From: Erysipelothrix larvae
Lineage (GTDB): Bacteria > Bacillota_I > Bacilli_A > Erysipelotrichales > Erysipelotrichaceae
Length of the DNA stretch: 32,000 nucleotides
Reading direction: 5' to 3'
NCBI RefSeq assembly: GCF_001545095.1
Contig: NZ_CP013213.1
Location: 1,350,001 to 1,382,000 of the forward strand
How positions within the stretch are numbered: the first letter of the stretch is position 1; each line of letters begins with the position of its first letter. Both the position numbers and the translations under genes were made by a program. Below are positions 9,117-17,761 of the stretch, in pieces. The notes under the pieces are model-generated. The model was not told where the DNA came from and searched no databases. It saw only the letters and a list, made by a program, of their open reading frames with translations.

Positions 9117-10652
9117 TTAACTCACAATTCCAATATATGGTGCAATTGCAATGATGAGTGCAGCTGCGAAAAGGAGCATGCACAGTGTTTTCATCGCGAA
9201 TTTTAAATAGCGATCATACGGTACATTTACGAGATCTAATGTCCCCATGATCACGGCTCCTGGATAAAATGACGAGAGGAAGTTAACCCCTGCCACAAAG
9301 GCAGAAATCAATAGGATTTGACCCCCTACTTCACCAATTGCTGTTCCTAAGAAGAGTGCTGCTGCAACGGTTCCAAGAATTGGCATGGATAAGCCTGCAA
9401 CACCACTGGTTGATTGAAGGAAAATACCTATTAATGCATAGACTAAAACCGCCATTATACCAAACACCCAAAGTGGAACGCCTTCAAGCGCACTGGATAG
9501 CCAATAAATAAAGGTTACTGACATCCCTTGTGTTGATGTCCCGACCATCGTTGCAATACCCCGTGAAATTGCAAGTACCACAACCACACCCATTAAGTCT
9601 TTCATACCATCCATAAAGACATGCATGAATTCGCGTTCTGGAATCTTATTGATGAACTTAAGGACAAAAGCACCTAATAGGAAGGTAAAGGCAAATTCTG
9701 AGAATCCCCAGTCTCCTAGAAGTGTAAAGTGTCCGGCACCAAGTAAATCTCCAAGAACCGGGATTCCTGCAAGGAAGGTAATCGGTGCATTCACGGCATT
9801 CATTGCGCTTTCACCTAATAGACGTTCCCATGGGAAGTTTCCAAGGACAATCAGAATAATGACTGCAACAAGAACATATGCGGAGGCTTTGCGTTTACCT
9901 GTGAATTCAGGGGGTGTTGCTTCGACATCCATGAGGTTGTTTTTATCTTCAAGATCATAAATAATGGATTTCTTTGGATCATCTTTGACTTTTGATGCAT
10001 ATTGAATGACCATAAAGGTTCCAATAAGATAGAGCACCACAAAGATGATGCTTCTTAAAATGATTCCTGAACCAATCGTTAGGTCTGGATTTCCAATTGC
10101 AGCAACTGCTGCGCCTACCGAGAATGGATTTACAAGACTTGCCATATTCCCAATTGTTGCGCCAATAAATAGGATTGCAAGACCGGTCATAATGTCATAT
10201 CCTGCAAGGACAAACATTGGAATGATTACCACTGCAAAGGCGGTAATTTCTTCCCAAAAACCAAAAGTAGTTCCTAAAATAGCAAATACAAGCATCATTA
10301 AGGCAATGAGTACATTCCCTTTAAACTTGTTTAATAGACTGATAATTGCGGCTTCAAGGGCTTCGACGTGGTTTAATACCGCTAAAAACCCACCTGCACA
10401 TAAAATCCCAACACTAACATTACTTGAGGATTCAAATCCATGGACAATTGACATCAATACATCAAAGAGTCCAAATTGAACAAGGCCTTGTCCTTCAAGA
10501 ATATTTCCATTGGCATCAACGACAGAATTTACAATAATCTTCCCAGTTTCACTGTCAAAGTGAGATTGAGGAACGAAATAGCTCAATACTGTTGCGACAA
10601 GCAATGCGAAGAAGACAACAGTGTATGAGGTCGGCATCTTAAACTTTTTCAT
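9117..10652 (-). CDS. YfcC family (DcuC/ArsB-like) membrane transporter
   Basis: 511-aa polytopic ORF with the typical YfcC N-terminus MKKFKMPTSYTVVFF. It starts 15 nt downstream of the dipeptidase gene, a common pairing. Confidence 0.75.
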   Translation of the reverse strand: MKKFKMPTSYTVVFFALLVATVLSYFVPQSHFDSETGKIIVNSVVDANGNILEGQGLVQFGLFDVLMSIVHGFESSSNVSVGILCAGGFLAVLNHVEALEAAIISLLNKFKGNVLIALMMLVFAILGTTFGFWEEITAFAVVIIPMFVLAGYDIMTGLAILFIGATIGNMASLVNPFSVGAAVAAIGNPDLTIGSGIILRSIIFVVLYLIGTFMVIQYASKVKDDPKKSIIYDLEDKNNLMDVEATPPEFTGKRKASAYVLVAVIILIVLGNFPWERLLGESAMNAVNAPITFLAGIPVLGDLLGAGHFTLLGDWGFSEFAFTFLLGAFVLKFINKIPEREFMHVFMDGMKDLMGVVVVLAISRGIATMVGTSTQGMSVTFIYWLSSALEGVPLWVFGIMAVLVYALIGIFLQSTSGVAGLSMPILGTVAAALFLGTAIGEVGGQILLISAFVAGVNFLSSFYPGAVIMGTLDLVNVPYDRYLKFAMKTLCMLLFAAALIIAIAPYIGIVS

Positions 10653-10667
10653 GATTATGGTCCTTAT

Positions 10668-12011
10668 CTAGTTTTTACTCACAAGGAGTTTAAAGGCTTC
10701 TTTATAGATTTCAATCGCAGTTTTCATATCATCAATGTTTACACGTTCATTGACTTGGTGTTCAGTACTTTGTGCACTTGGTAATTTGGCACCAAAAGCA
10801 ACGACATTATCCAGTGCGCGGGCATAGGTTGCACCTCCGCTTGATATTGGTTGGGATAATGTATCTTGTGTCACGCTTTGGTATGCTTGCATCAATGCTT
10901 TGATCAGTGGTGTATCTTTATCAACATAGATTGATCGCAAATAATCGTATTCACTGATGGATACTTGATATTGTGCTGCGCTTTTATTGAGTGTGTCGCG
11001 AATTTTTTCAACGGGATAGGTTACTGGGAAGCGAATGTCTATCCCTATTTTAACCCCTGTATCGGTTGTCTCAATTTTCCCCACATTGAGCATGAGTTTT
11101 CCGGATACTTCATCTTCGACTGGCCCAAAGAGTTTAAGTCCATTTGGATTTGAAAGTTTTTCTGTAATAAAGCGAAGCATATTTGTGCTCACACCACCCT
11201 CAACAAGGGCTTGTACAAGATAAACAATGGCGTTTTCCCCTTTATCAGAGTCTTTAGCATGCACCGCTTTTCCGTAGACTGTAATGCGTGAATCATCATA
11301 TTTGAAATGTCGATTTTGATTTTCAAGTTGTGTTTTAATCAAATCAAGATTTGTGTCTTGAAGGGTTGCGACAGCAGGTACGGCATTGAGTGCCCCACCC
11401 CCTTGAATCTTAAAGTCCACGCTTTGAGTGTCTTCAAACTCAAATTCGATAAGACCTTTTTCAGCGTAGATCAGTGGGAAAGTACTATCTGGTGTAAATC
11501 CCATGGATGGAATTTCTTCCAGTTTTGCATATTCTTTAACACAGCGCCATAAGTTTTCTTCATCTGTTCCAAAAATGAAACGCACGCGTTGATTAAGGGT
11601 GTATCCCTCATCCAAAAGCATTTTAAGTGCAACCATGGATGCAAGCAATGGGCCTTTATCATCAGAAACTCCCCGTCCAATTAGCATTCCATCTTTTTGT
11701 GTCAGTGTAAAAGGATCCGCCTCCCAATCATCTCTATTTCCTTCTGGTACTACATCAACATGGCCTAAAACACCAAAAAGGTCTACGCCTTCGCCTATTT
11801 CAGCATACCCATAATATCCTTGTGGATTGCGGTACGTTTTAAACCCCATATCCTTTGATATGTCTAGGATTTTAGTTAATGCTTGTTGAACCGGTTCACC
11901 AAAAAGATGTTCTGAGTCATTTTCATCCAATACACTTGGAATTGAAATAAGCGATTTTAGATCTTCAAGATATTTATTGAAGACTGAATCATCAATGCTG
12001 TGATTTGCCAT
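10668..12011 (-). CDS. pepV: M20 family dipeptidase, PepV/Sapep-like
   Basis: 447 aa. Metal-ligand contexts are GHVDVVPEG, GRGVSDDKGP and GTDEE. SD is GAAGGAGGA. Confidence 0.8.
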   Translation of the reverse strand: MANHSIDDSVFNKYLEDLKSLISIPSVLDENDSEHLFGEPVQQALTKILDISKDMGFKTYRNPQGYYGYAEIGEGVDLFGVLGHVDVVPEGNRDDWEADPFTLTQKDGMLIGRGVSDDKGPLLASMVALKMLLDEGYTLNQRVRFIFGTDEENLWRCVKEYAKLEEIPSMGFTPDSTFPLIYAEKGLIEFEFEDTQSVDFKIQGGGALNAVPAVATLQDTNLDLIKTQLENQNRHFKYDDSRITVYGKAVHAKDSDKGENAIVYLVQALVEGGVSTNMLRFITEKLSNPNGLKLFGPVEDEVSGKLMLNVGKIETTDTGVKIGIDIRFPVTYPVEKIRDTLNKSAAQYQVSISEYDYLRSIYVDKDTPLIKALMQAYQSVTQDTLSQPISSGGATYARALDNVVAFGAKLPSAQSTEHQVNERVNIDDMKTAIEIYKEAFKLLVSKN

Positions 12012-12139
12012 TTTATTTCCTCCTTCTACTGAAGTTTATCATGATAAACCTATATATTAATTATAGAGCAAACCAACTCAATATTGTATAAAGAAGCATT
12101 CAAAGAGCAATCAAATGTTCTTCATTTGATAGAATTGAT

Positions 12140-12170
12140 AAAAAAAGCCAAGATCATTTTAATCTTAGCC
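12140..12170 (-). terminator. Rho-independent terminator after ywbE
   Basis: Minus strand has stem GCTAAGAT/ATCTTGGC with one G:U pair valid only on the minus strand. It is followed by U7. Confidence 0.6.
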
Positions 12171-12186
12171 TTATGTCATTAATACA

Positions 12187-12378
12187 TTATAAAATATCAC
12201 AAACTCGTCCTACTTGGCCATCTTCAAGTCTAACCTTGATGCCATGTGGATGGTTTGGTGAGTTTGTCAGTATTTTTGATACAAACCCTTCTGTTTTTTT
12301 ATGGGTGCGTTGATCTTGTTTTAAGATGACATTGACCTTTTGACCAATGGTGATATCACTTCGCTTTTTTGGATCCAT
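12187..12378 (-). CDS. ywbE: YwbE family small protein (DUF2196)
   Basis: 63 aa counted from the internal ATG at 12378. The sequence MDPKKRSDITIGQKVNVILKQDQRTHKKTEGFVSKILTNSPNHPHGIKVRLEDGQVGRV matches the conserved YwbE core as I remember it. The longer 133-aa track ORF is an out-of-frame read of the helicase tail. Confidence 0.7.
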   Translation of the reverse strand: MDPKKRSDITIGQKVNVILKQDQRTHKKTEGFVSKILTNSPNHPHGIKVRLEDGQVGRVCDIL

Positions 12379-13819
12379 AGTTACGATTTCTTCTTCCATG
12401 TGTTGATTGCTTGTTTTTGTTGGATTTGCCCTTATTACTCCAGGTCTCGTTTTTTGATGAAGCAGCATTGGATCGTGATTTCTTTTTAGGGGTTGTTTTT
12501 GATTTTGAATCACGTGGTGGTTTTGCTTCCCACTTCGATTTTGAATCACTTTTCTTACGAGTACGTTGGGGACGATCTGGCTTTTCACTGTGCTCTTGTG
12601 AAACTTTTGAGCGTGGATTGTGTTTTGGTTTCTTTTGTGCAGGTGCTTTTTTCACCCGTTGTTTTTGTTTTGGTTTCTCGCTCTTATCTTCAATTGGATA
12701 CTTTTCATTCTCTAAGACTGTTAGGTTCTTATTGATGAGTTTTTCAATATCCTTAAGAAGTGGTATTTCGCGATAATTCACATAAGAGATTGAATTCCCT
12801 GAATGCCCAGCACGTCCTGTACGTCCAATGCGGTGTACATAAGTTTCGGGAACTTCGGGCATGTCAAAATTCACAACATAGTTGAGTTCGTTAATATCAA
12901 TTCCCCGTGCTGCAATATCGGTTGCGACCAAGACTTGTGTATCGTAGTTTTTGAAGTTATCCAGTGCAAGTTGTCGTGCGGATTGGGATTTGTTGCCATG
13001 AATGGCTTGTGCTGAGATCCCTCGTCTCAATAAATCCTTAGTAACTCGGTCTGCACCGCGTTTTGTACGGGTAAAGACAAGCATCGGTTGGGGTATTTCT
13101 TTCGCAAGTTTTTCCAGTAAGTCAATTTTATGAATTTGATCAACGTATTGAACACTTTGGTTTACAGTATCAACTGTAGATGATACTGGTGCGACTGAAA
13201 CTTGAACTGGATTGCTAAGCAAACGATCAACTATTTCTGTTACTTCTTTAGGCATGGTTGCGGAAAAGAAGAGGGTTTGTTTTTGTGCAGGAAGGCTCTT
13301 TAAGATTTTTCTAATATCGTGAATAAATCCCATATCAAGCATGCGATCTGCTTCATCAAGGATAAAGATTTCTAAGTGTGATAAATCAATGTATCCTTGG
13401 TTCATTAAGTCAATAAGACGGCCTGGTGTCGCAACTAAAATATCAATGCCACTTCGAAGTGCATTAACTTGCCGACCTTGATTTACACCACCAAAGACTA
13501 CGGTTGATCGTAAAGGTAAGTAGCGTCCATAAACTCTAAAGCTATCGTTGACTTGAACACCCAGTTCACGGGTTGGTGTGAGTACAAGTGCCCGTATTTT
13601 ACGGTTTTTTCCATGCTGCAATCGTTTCGCAAGTCGTTGAAGTGTTGGCACAGCAAAAGCACAGGTTTTACCGGTTCCTGTTTGTGCTAAGCCTAGGACA
13701 TCACGTCCTTCTAAAGCTGCAGGTATTGTTTTCTCTTGGATGGGTGTTGGGGTTTCATACCCTTCTTCATCCAAAGCTTCTGTTATTTCTGGGATGATAC
13801 CCAAATCATAAAATTCCAT
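12356..13819 (-). CDS. DEAD-box ATP-dependent RNA helicase with Lys/Ser/Pro-rich basic C-terminal tail
   Basis: Q-motif TPIQ, motif I AQTGTGKT, motif II DEAD, motif III SAT and motif VI HRIGRTGRAG. The last roughly 110 aa are a low-complexity basic tail. Confidence 0.92.
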   Translation of the reverse strand: MEFYDLGIIPEITEALDEEGYETPTPIQEKTIPAALEGRDVLGLAQTGTGKTCAFAVPTLQRLAKRLQHGKNRKIRALVLTPTRELGVQVNDSFRVYGRYLPLRSTVVFGGVNQGRQVNALRSGIDILVATPGRLIDLMNQGYIDLSHLEIFILDEADRMLDMGFIHDIRKILKSLPAQKQTLFFSATMPKEVTEIVDRLLSNPVQVSVAPVSSTVDTVNQSVQYVDQIHKIDLLEKLAKEIPQPMLVFTRTKRGADRVTKDLLRRGISAQAIHGNKSQSARQLALDNFKNYDTQVLVATDIAARGIDINELNYVVNFDMPEVPETYVHRIGRTGRAGHSGNSISYVNYREIPLLKDIEKLINKNLTVLENEKYPIEDKSEKPKQKQRVKKAPAQKKPKHNPRSKVSQEHSEKPDRPQRTRKKSDSKSKWEAKPPRDSKSKTTPKKKSRSNAASSKNETWSNKGKSNKNKQSTHGRRNRNYGSKKAK

Positions 13820-13861
13820 ATTTTATATCCTCTTTTGTATGTGATAACCTTTTGATTGTCA

Positions 13862-13891
13862 CAACCAAAAGAAAAGAGTGGTGCCACTCTT
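13862..13891 (-). terminator. Terminator-like hairpin in the helicase leader or vWA 3' region
   Basis: Minus strand reads AAGAGTG-GCAC-CACTCTT followed by TTCTTTTGG. It lies 43 nt upstream of the helicase ATG and 212 nt downstream of the vWA stop. Its role is unresolved: operon terminator or leader structure. Confidence 0.45.
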
Positions 13892-14071
13892 ATTCACTTA
13901 ATCCTTATATTTTTTAAATGAATGTATCTACCTTTGCTATAATACGTTATAAACCATCAAAAGTAAATAAGAATCTCTCAATGGGGACCGACTTCCGCGA
14001 TGTACATTCATAAAAGAGAGCCGTGCGGTTTCTTGAAACAGCGAAAATCTATGGGATGTAAGCTGATGTTT

Positions 14072-14105
14072 TGATCGCGTAGTGTTAAGCTACACTACGC
14101 GATCA
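14072..14105. repeat. Perfect 14-bp inverted repeat overlapping the vWA stop codon
   Basis: TGATCGCGTAGTGT (14072-14085), loop TAAGCT, then ACACTACGCGATCA (14092-14105). No U-run follows on the minus strand. Confidence 0.8.
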
Positions 14106-14756
14106 TCTCTTTGCATTTCGTTTCGTATAATCTTCTTGAATCACTTGATTCCAATCTTCCATAATCATCTGTTTGCTTCGAACCGTTTTGAGAGCATGAC
14201 TGATGGCTTTGTAATTGAGTTGTATCCCTTCACAATCTACATTATAATTTTGCGCACGATTGGCAGGTATTCCATAGTGTTTCGCAGTTTGAACAGCATC
14301 AATGTTTGCTCCTAAGAAGATAAATTCCCATCCAAACTCCTTTTTTTGTATTTCGATTCGCCTTTTTATGTCATCAGAGGTATACTGACTGCTTGAATTC
14401 TCATAACCATCCGTTATGATTACAAAGACGACATTGTCACTTTGAAACGCAGCTTTTGTGTTTTTGGTGACATTCATGATTTTATCGATAGACCACCCAA
14501 TAGCATCAATAAGCGCTGTAGATCCTCCTACTTGGTAATCAAAAAGTGTAAGTGGTTTAACCGTCTTGATGTTTTGACGGTCATGGATGAGTTCGTGCGT
14601 GTGATTGAAAAGAAGGGTTGTCAGGATGCATTCGCCCTCACCTTCCAATTGATCATGAAGCATGGCATTATAGCCACCTAATGTATCGGATTCTAATCCT
14701 CCCATTGATCCACTTTTGTCAATGATAAAGACTAGTTCTGTATGTTTTTGTTCCAT
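14103..14756 (-). CDS. Small stand-alone von Willebrand factor A (vWA) domain protein
   Basis: 217 aa. MIDAS motif DKSGSMGG occurs in LVFIIDKSGSMGG. A second metal-site context is ITDGYEN. SD is AAGGAGG. Confidence 0.75.
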   Translation of the reverse strand: MEQKHTELVFIIDKSGSMGGLESDTLGGYNAMLHDQLEGEGECILTTLLFNHTHELIHDRQNIKTVKPLTLFDYQVGGSTALIDAIGWSIDKIMNVTKNTKAAFQSDNVVFVIITDGYENSSSQYTSDDIKRRIEIQKKEFGWEFIFLGANIDAVQTAKHYGIPANRAQNYNVDCEGIQLNYKAISHALKTVRSKQMIMEDWNQVIQEDYTKRNAKR

Positions 14757-14841
14757 ATGTTTTAGCCTCCTTATGGTGTTTACACCTTAAGGATAACCCT
14801 AAGTATGATAGATGGGGTCGCTTCATAAGCGACATCGTATC

Positions 14842-15801
14842 TTAGCGTCCAAGTAATTGCTGATCATATGAGAAAAGCGCTTCGTTGATTTCATAAATGT
14901 CGTAGTTATTGTTGTTGATAAAGAACATTAATATGACATCAAAAAGAAGACTTGATGACAAGGTGTATCCAGCCTTTTCTAAGAGTTCATTGGTTTCATC
15001 AAGGTTTAGTTCTAATGCGATGCACAAGGCACAAGCTGTGCGTTTACTTGGCATGTATCCGTTTTTTCGAAGTTTTGAAAATAACTTTCGATCGATATTC
15101 GCACGCTTATATACCGTTACATCGTCAAATCCTTTCATGTCAATGGTGCGCATCAGTGTGTCTGAAAAGGATTCATCCAGTTGAGGAATTGTCTGTTTGA
15201 GTGATGATTTTCTCAGTTGAACCGTTTCAGACATGAATGCTTGAGTTTCTAATAAATCAGACACATGCTGAGTGTGTATTAAATGTGTGGTAATGTATTC
15301 TTGAAGGTCATTGTGCTTGGGATTAAATAGTGTGTCTTTGTCAAATAAAACAAGGATGACATCCATTTCGTGTGTATAAAGGAAGTCTTGGATTGTTGTG
15401 GTAGCGACTTTAAGAGCGTCTTCTTTTGGATACCCATAGATGCCACTTGAGATGAGTGGAAAAGCAATGGTAGTACATCCTGCTTCAAGCGCACACGTGA
15501 GTGAATTTATATAGCACAATTCCAGCAATCTTTGAGCTTCTATTTTATGATGGTTTTGGTAAATGGGACCTGCAGTGTGAATAATACAGCGCGCATTTAG
15601 GTTGAATCCAGGAGTCATTACTGCTTCGCCTGTTTTAATCGGAGCCAGTGCATCACAGGCTTCTTGAAGCTGTTTCACCCCTGCTTTATTAAAGATTGCC
15701 CCACAGACACCCCTTCCCATACGTAGGTCTGTATTAGCTGCATTCACGATTGCATCACAGGCTAACTGTGTGATATCGGTTTTAAGAAATGATAAAGGCA
15801 T
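14842..15801 (-). CDS. Macro domain (ADP-ribose binding/hydrolase) protein fused to a C-terminal helix-turn-helix domain
   Basis: Macro motifs are IVNAANTDLRMGRGVCGAIF and AFPLISSGIYGYP. The C-terminal roughly 100 aa form an XRE-like HTH (VYKRANIDRKLFSKLRKNGYMPSKRTACALCIALELN). Confidence 0.8.
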   Translation of the reverse strand: MPLSFLKTDITQLACDAIVNAANTDLRMGRGVCGAIFNKAGVKQLQEACDALAPIKTGEAVMTPGFNLNARCIIHTAGPIYQNHHKIEAQRLLELCYINSLTCALEAGCTTIAFPLISSGIYGYPKEDALKVATTTIQDFLYTHEMDVILVLFDKDTLFNPKHNDLQEYITTHLIHTQHVSDLLETQAFMSETVQLRKSSLKQTIPQLDESFSDTLMRTIDMKGFDDVTVYKRANIDRKLFSKLRKNGYMPSKRTACALCIALELNLDETNELLEKAGYTLSSSLLFDVILMFFINNNNYDIYEINEALFSYDQQLLGR

Positions 15802-15823
15802 TGTTAAGGATTCCTTTCGTGTT

Positions 15824-16630
15824 TTATTTTCGTCGTTTCTTACGAAGCCTTAATAAATCATCGATAATATTATCGAGTCCTTCGTAGAAACTTTTACTTT
15901 CAAGGATTGGAAATGCTGTGAATAAACGGATAACTGTTCTGCTTTTACTGAGTTCATCAATGCGTTTCACAAAGGCTTTTGCAAGCGGTTCATCATCACT
16001 TGATTCCGCAATCATCCTGAGTCGATCGATACTGTCTCGAATGTTATCACGATCAAACCATTGATATGCTTCTTGTAATTCATCTAGGTCGGTAAGTGTT
16101 GCACGATAGGTTTCAATGCGTTTGTCAATTTTAAGTGCAGCATTGAGTGAATTAAGAGTATCCATAATGAATACCGCGACAAGGACTATAGCACTTGTTT
16201 TTTGTATGATGGGTGGCATGAGTTGGATGATGTCTTTGGTAAAGGGATGGACAGCATACACAACAACTAGTCCAAGTACTCCAAATAGAAATGAGTTTCG
16301 TAAACAAATTCTCCCCTTTAAATTAAAGGGCCGTTTTGAGTAATCCCACCATCGTGCTTTAAACAGGGTTTCCATTAGCCATCCTGTAAAGTATTCTAAA
16401 AGTGAAGTAGATACTACTGCACTTAAAAACACTAAAAACGGGTTTGACATAAAGGGTTTTGTGATAATCACGATAATAACTGAACCAAAGCCATAGATGG
16501 GACACCACGGTCCGGATAAAAATCCCCGGTTGACTATTTTTTTTGTTCCAGCCCAACACCACACCGATTCAACAATCCATCCGATTGTACTGAAGAGTGT
16601 GAATGTTAGGATCCATTGATAACCATTCAT
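15824..16630 (-). CDS. DUF1113 / putative ABC-transporter type IV (CmpB-like) membrane protein with cytoplasmic helical tail
   Basis: Motif NRGFLSGPWCPIYGFGSV. The start is set at ATG 16630 (MNGYQW), preceded by AAGGAG. It ends 22 nt before the macro gene. Confidence 0.65.
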   Translation of the reverse strand: MNGYQWILTFTLFSTIGWIVESVWCWAGTKKIVNRGFLSGPWCPIYGFGSVIIVIITKPFMSNPFLVFLSAVVSTSLLEYFTGWLMETLFKARWWDYSKRPFNLKGRICLRNSFLFGVLGLVVVYAVHPFTKDIIQLMPPIIQKTSAIVLVAVFIMDTLNSLNAALKIDKRIETYRATLTDLDELQEAYQWFDRDNIRDSIDRLRMIAESSDDEPLAKAFVKRIDELSKSRTVIRLFTAFPILESKSFYEGLDNIIDDLLRLRKKRRK

Positions 16631-16699
16631 AGTGACTCCTTTTACCTTGTTAATTGTTCTAACTATATCATAGACCATTTTTCAGTGTGTTGCATACCT

Positions 16700-16736
16700 A
16701 AAATTAAAAAGGAATAAGGTACGACACTTATTCCCT
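16700..16736 (-). terminator. Rho-independent terminator after the aldo/keto reductase gene
   Basis: 8-bp stem GGAATAAG/CTTATTCC (16711-16718/16727-16734). On the minus strand it is followed by TTTTTAATTTT. Confidence 0.65.
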
Positions 16737-16770
16737 ATTTTGAAGATGACCCGTTAATCATGCTTGTTTT

Positions 16771-17628
16771 TTATTTTTGACGATCAAAGTTTATAATTGG
16801 TAAGGTGAAAGCCACCTTTTTTATGAAGTGTGGTATTTTGAAGTATCGTTTATTCTTATTGAGTTTTTCTATTTCTTTCATGTCTTCAGGTGATAATTCA
16901 AAGTCAAAAATATCAATGTTTGAAATGATATGGCTTGGTGTTTTTGACCCTGGAATCACTATGTGATCAGCTTGTAAATGCCAGCGAAGTAGAATTTGAA
17001 CATTCGATTTATTGTATTTTTTAGAAAGTTTCGTAAATATCGGCTCATTGATGAGATTTTTATCGCCACTTCCTAATGGATACCATGCTTCAAGAAGGAT
17101 TCCCTCTTTCTTAAGAAAGTTAATGAATTCTGTTTCTTGTAGATAGGGATGGCATTCGTTTTGAACAAGTACCGGTTTGATTGTTGCGACATGAAGAAGT
17201 TTTTTAAGATTGGCTTCTCCAAAGTTGCATACGCCAATCGATTTAACTTTGCCAGAAACTACAGCTTCTTCAAGGGCTTTCCACGCACCCATTATGTCCC
17301 CTACTTCTTGGTGTAATAAGAGAAGATCCAAGTAATCTGTATCCAATCGAGAAAGTGTTTTGTCTATTGCGATTTTAGCCTTTTCATAGTTGAAATCAGC
17401 GGGCCAAATTTTAGAAGTTAAAAAGATTTCTTTTCGGGGTACTTGTGATTTTTTGAGTGCTCGACCAATGGCTTTCTCATTCAAGTAGACGTTTGCAGTA
17501 TCAATTAAGCGATACCCATTGTTGAGTGCTACTTCAATACTTTGTTCGACATCAGTTGGTGAAACACGGTATGTTCCCAGTCCAAAAGCTGGAATTTCAA
17601 GTCCATTGTTCATCATAATTGCTTCCAT
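16771..17628 (-). CDS. Aldo/keto reductase (2,5-diketo-D-gluconate reductase/YtbE-like)
   Basis: 285 aa from ATG 17628 (MEAIMMNNGLEIPAFGLGTY), 6 nt after AAGGAG. Motifs IDTANVY, LLLHQ and SIGVCNF are present. The track N-terminal extension starts at a TTG with no SD. Confidence 0.85.
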   Translation of the reverse strand: MEAIMMNNGLEIPAFGLGTYRVSPTDVEQSIEVALNNGYRLIDTANVYLNEKAIGRALKKSQVPRKEIFLTSKIWPADFNYEKAKIAIDKTLSRLDTDYLDLLLLHQEVGDIMGAWKALEEAVVSGKVKSIGVCNFGEANLKKLLHVATIKPVLVQNECHPYLQETEFINFLKKEGILLEAWYPLGSGDKNLINEPIFTKLSKKYNKSNVQILLRWHLQADHIVIPGSKTPSHIISNIDIFDFELSPEDMKEIEKLNKNKRYFKIPHFIKKVAFTLPIINFDRQK

Positions 17629-17761
17629 GTATTGCTCCTTGTATCCTTGATTCAAGAATTTTCTATAATTCAATACAATCATTATAATCCTTTTTTCGCT
17701 ATAAGTAACGGTGATATCAAAACTTTGTTTATAAAACAAACCGTGATAATACAGCAATGAG

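Noticed and set aside
12379-12776. The 133-aa version of the ywbE ORF (12187-12588), plus ORFs 12411-12776 and 12493-12735.
   Set aside because: These are alternative-frame or opposite-strand reads of the repetitive Lys/Ser/Pro-rich helicase tail. Only the last 63 codons of the first one match the YwbE core.
17629-17757. The 43-codon N-terminal extension of the aldo/keto reductase ORF (track start 17757).
   Set aside because: The start codon there is TTG with no SD, and the extension has no AKR similarity. ATG 17628 has AAGGAG at ideal spacing and gives a normal AKR N-terminus.
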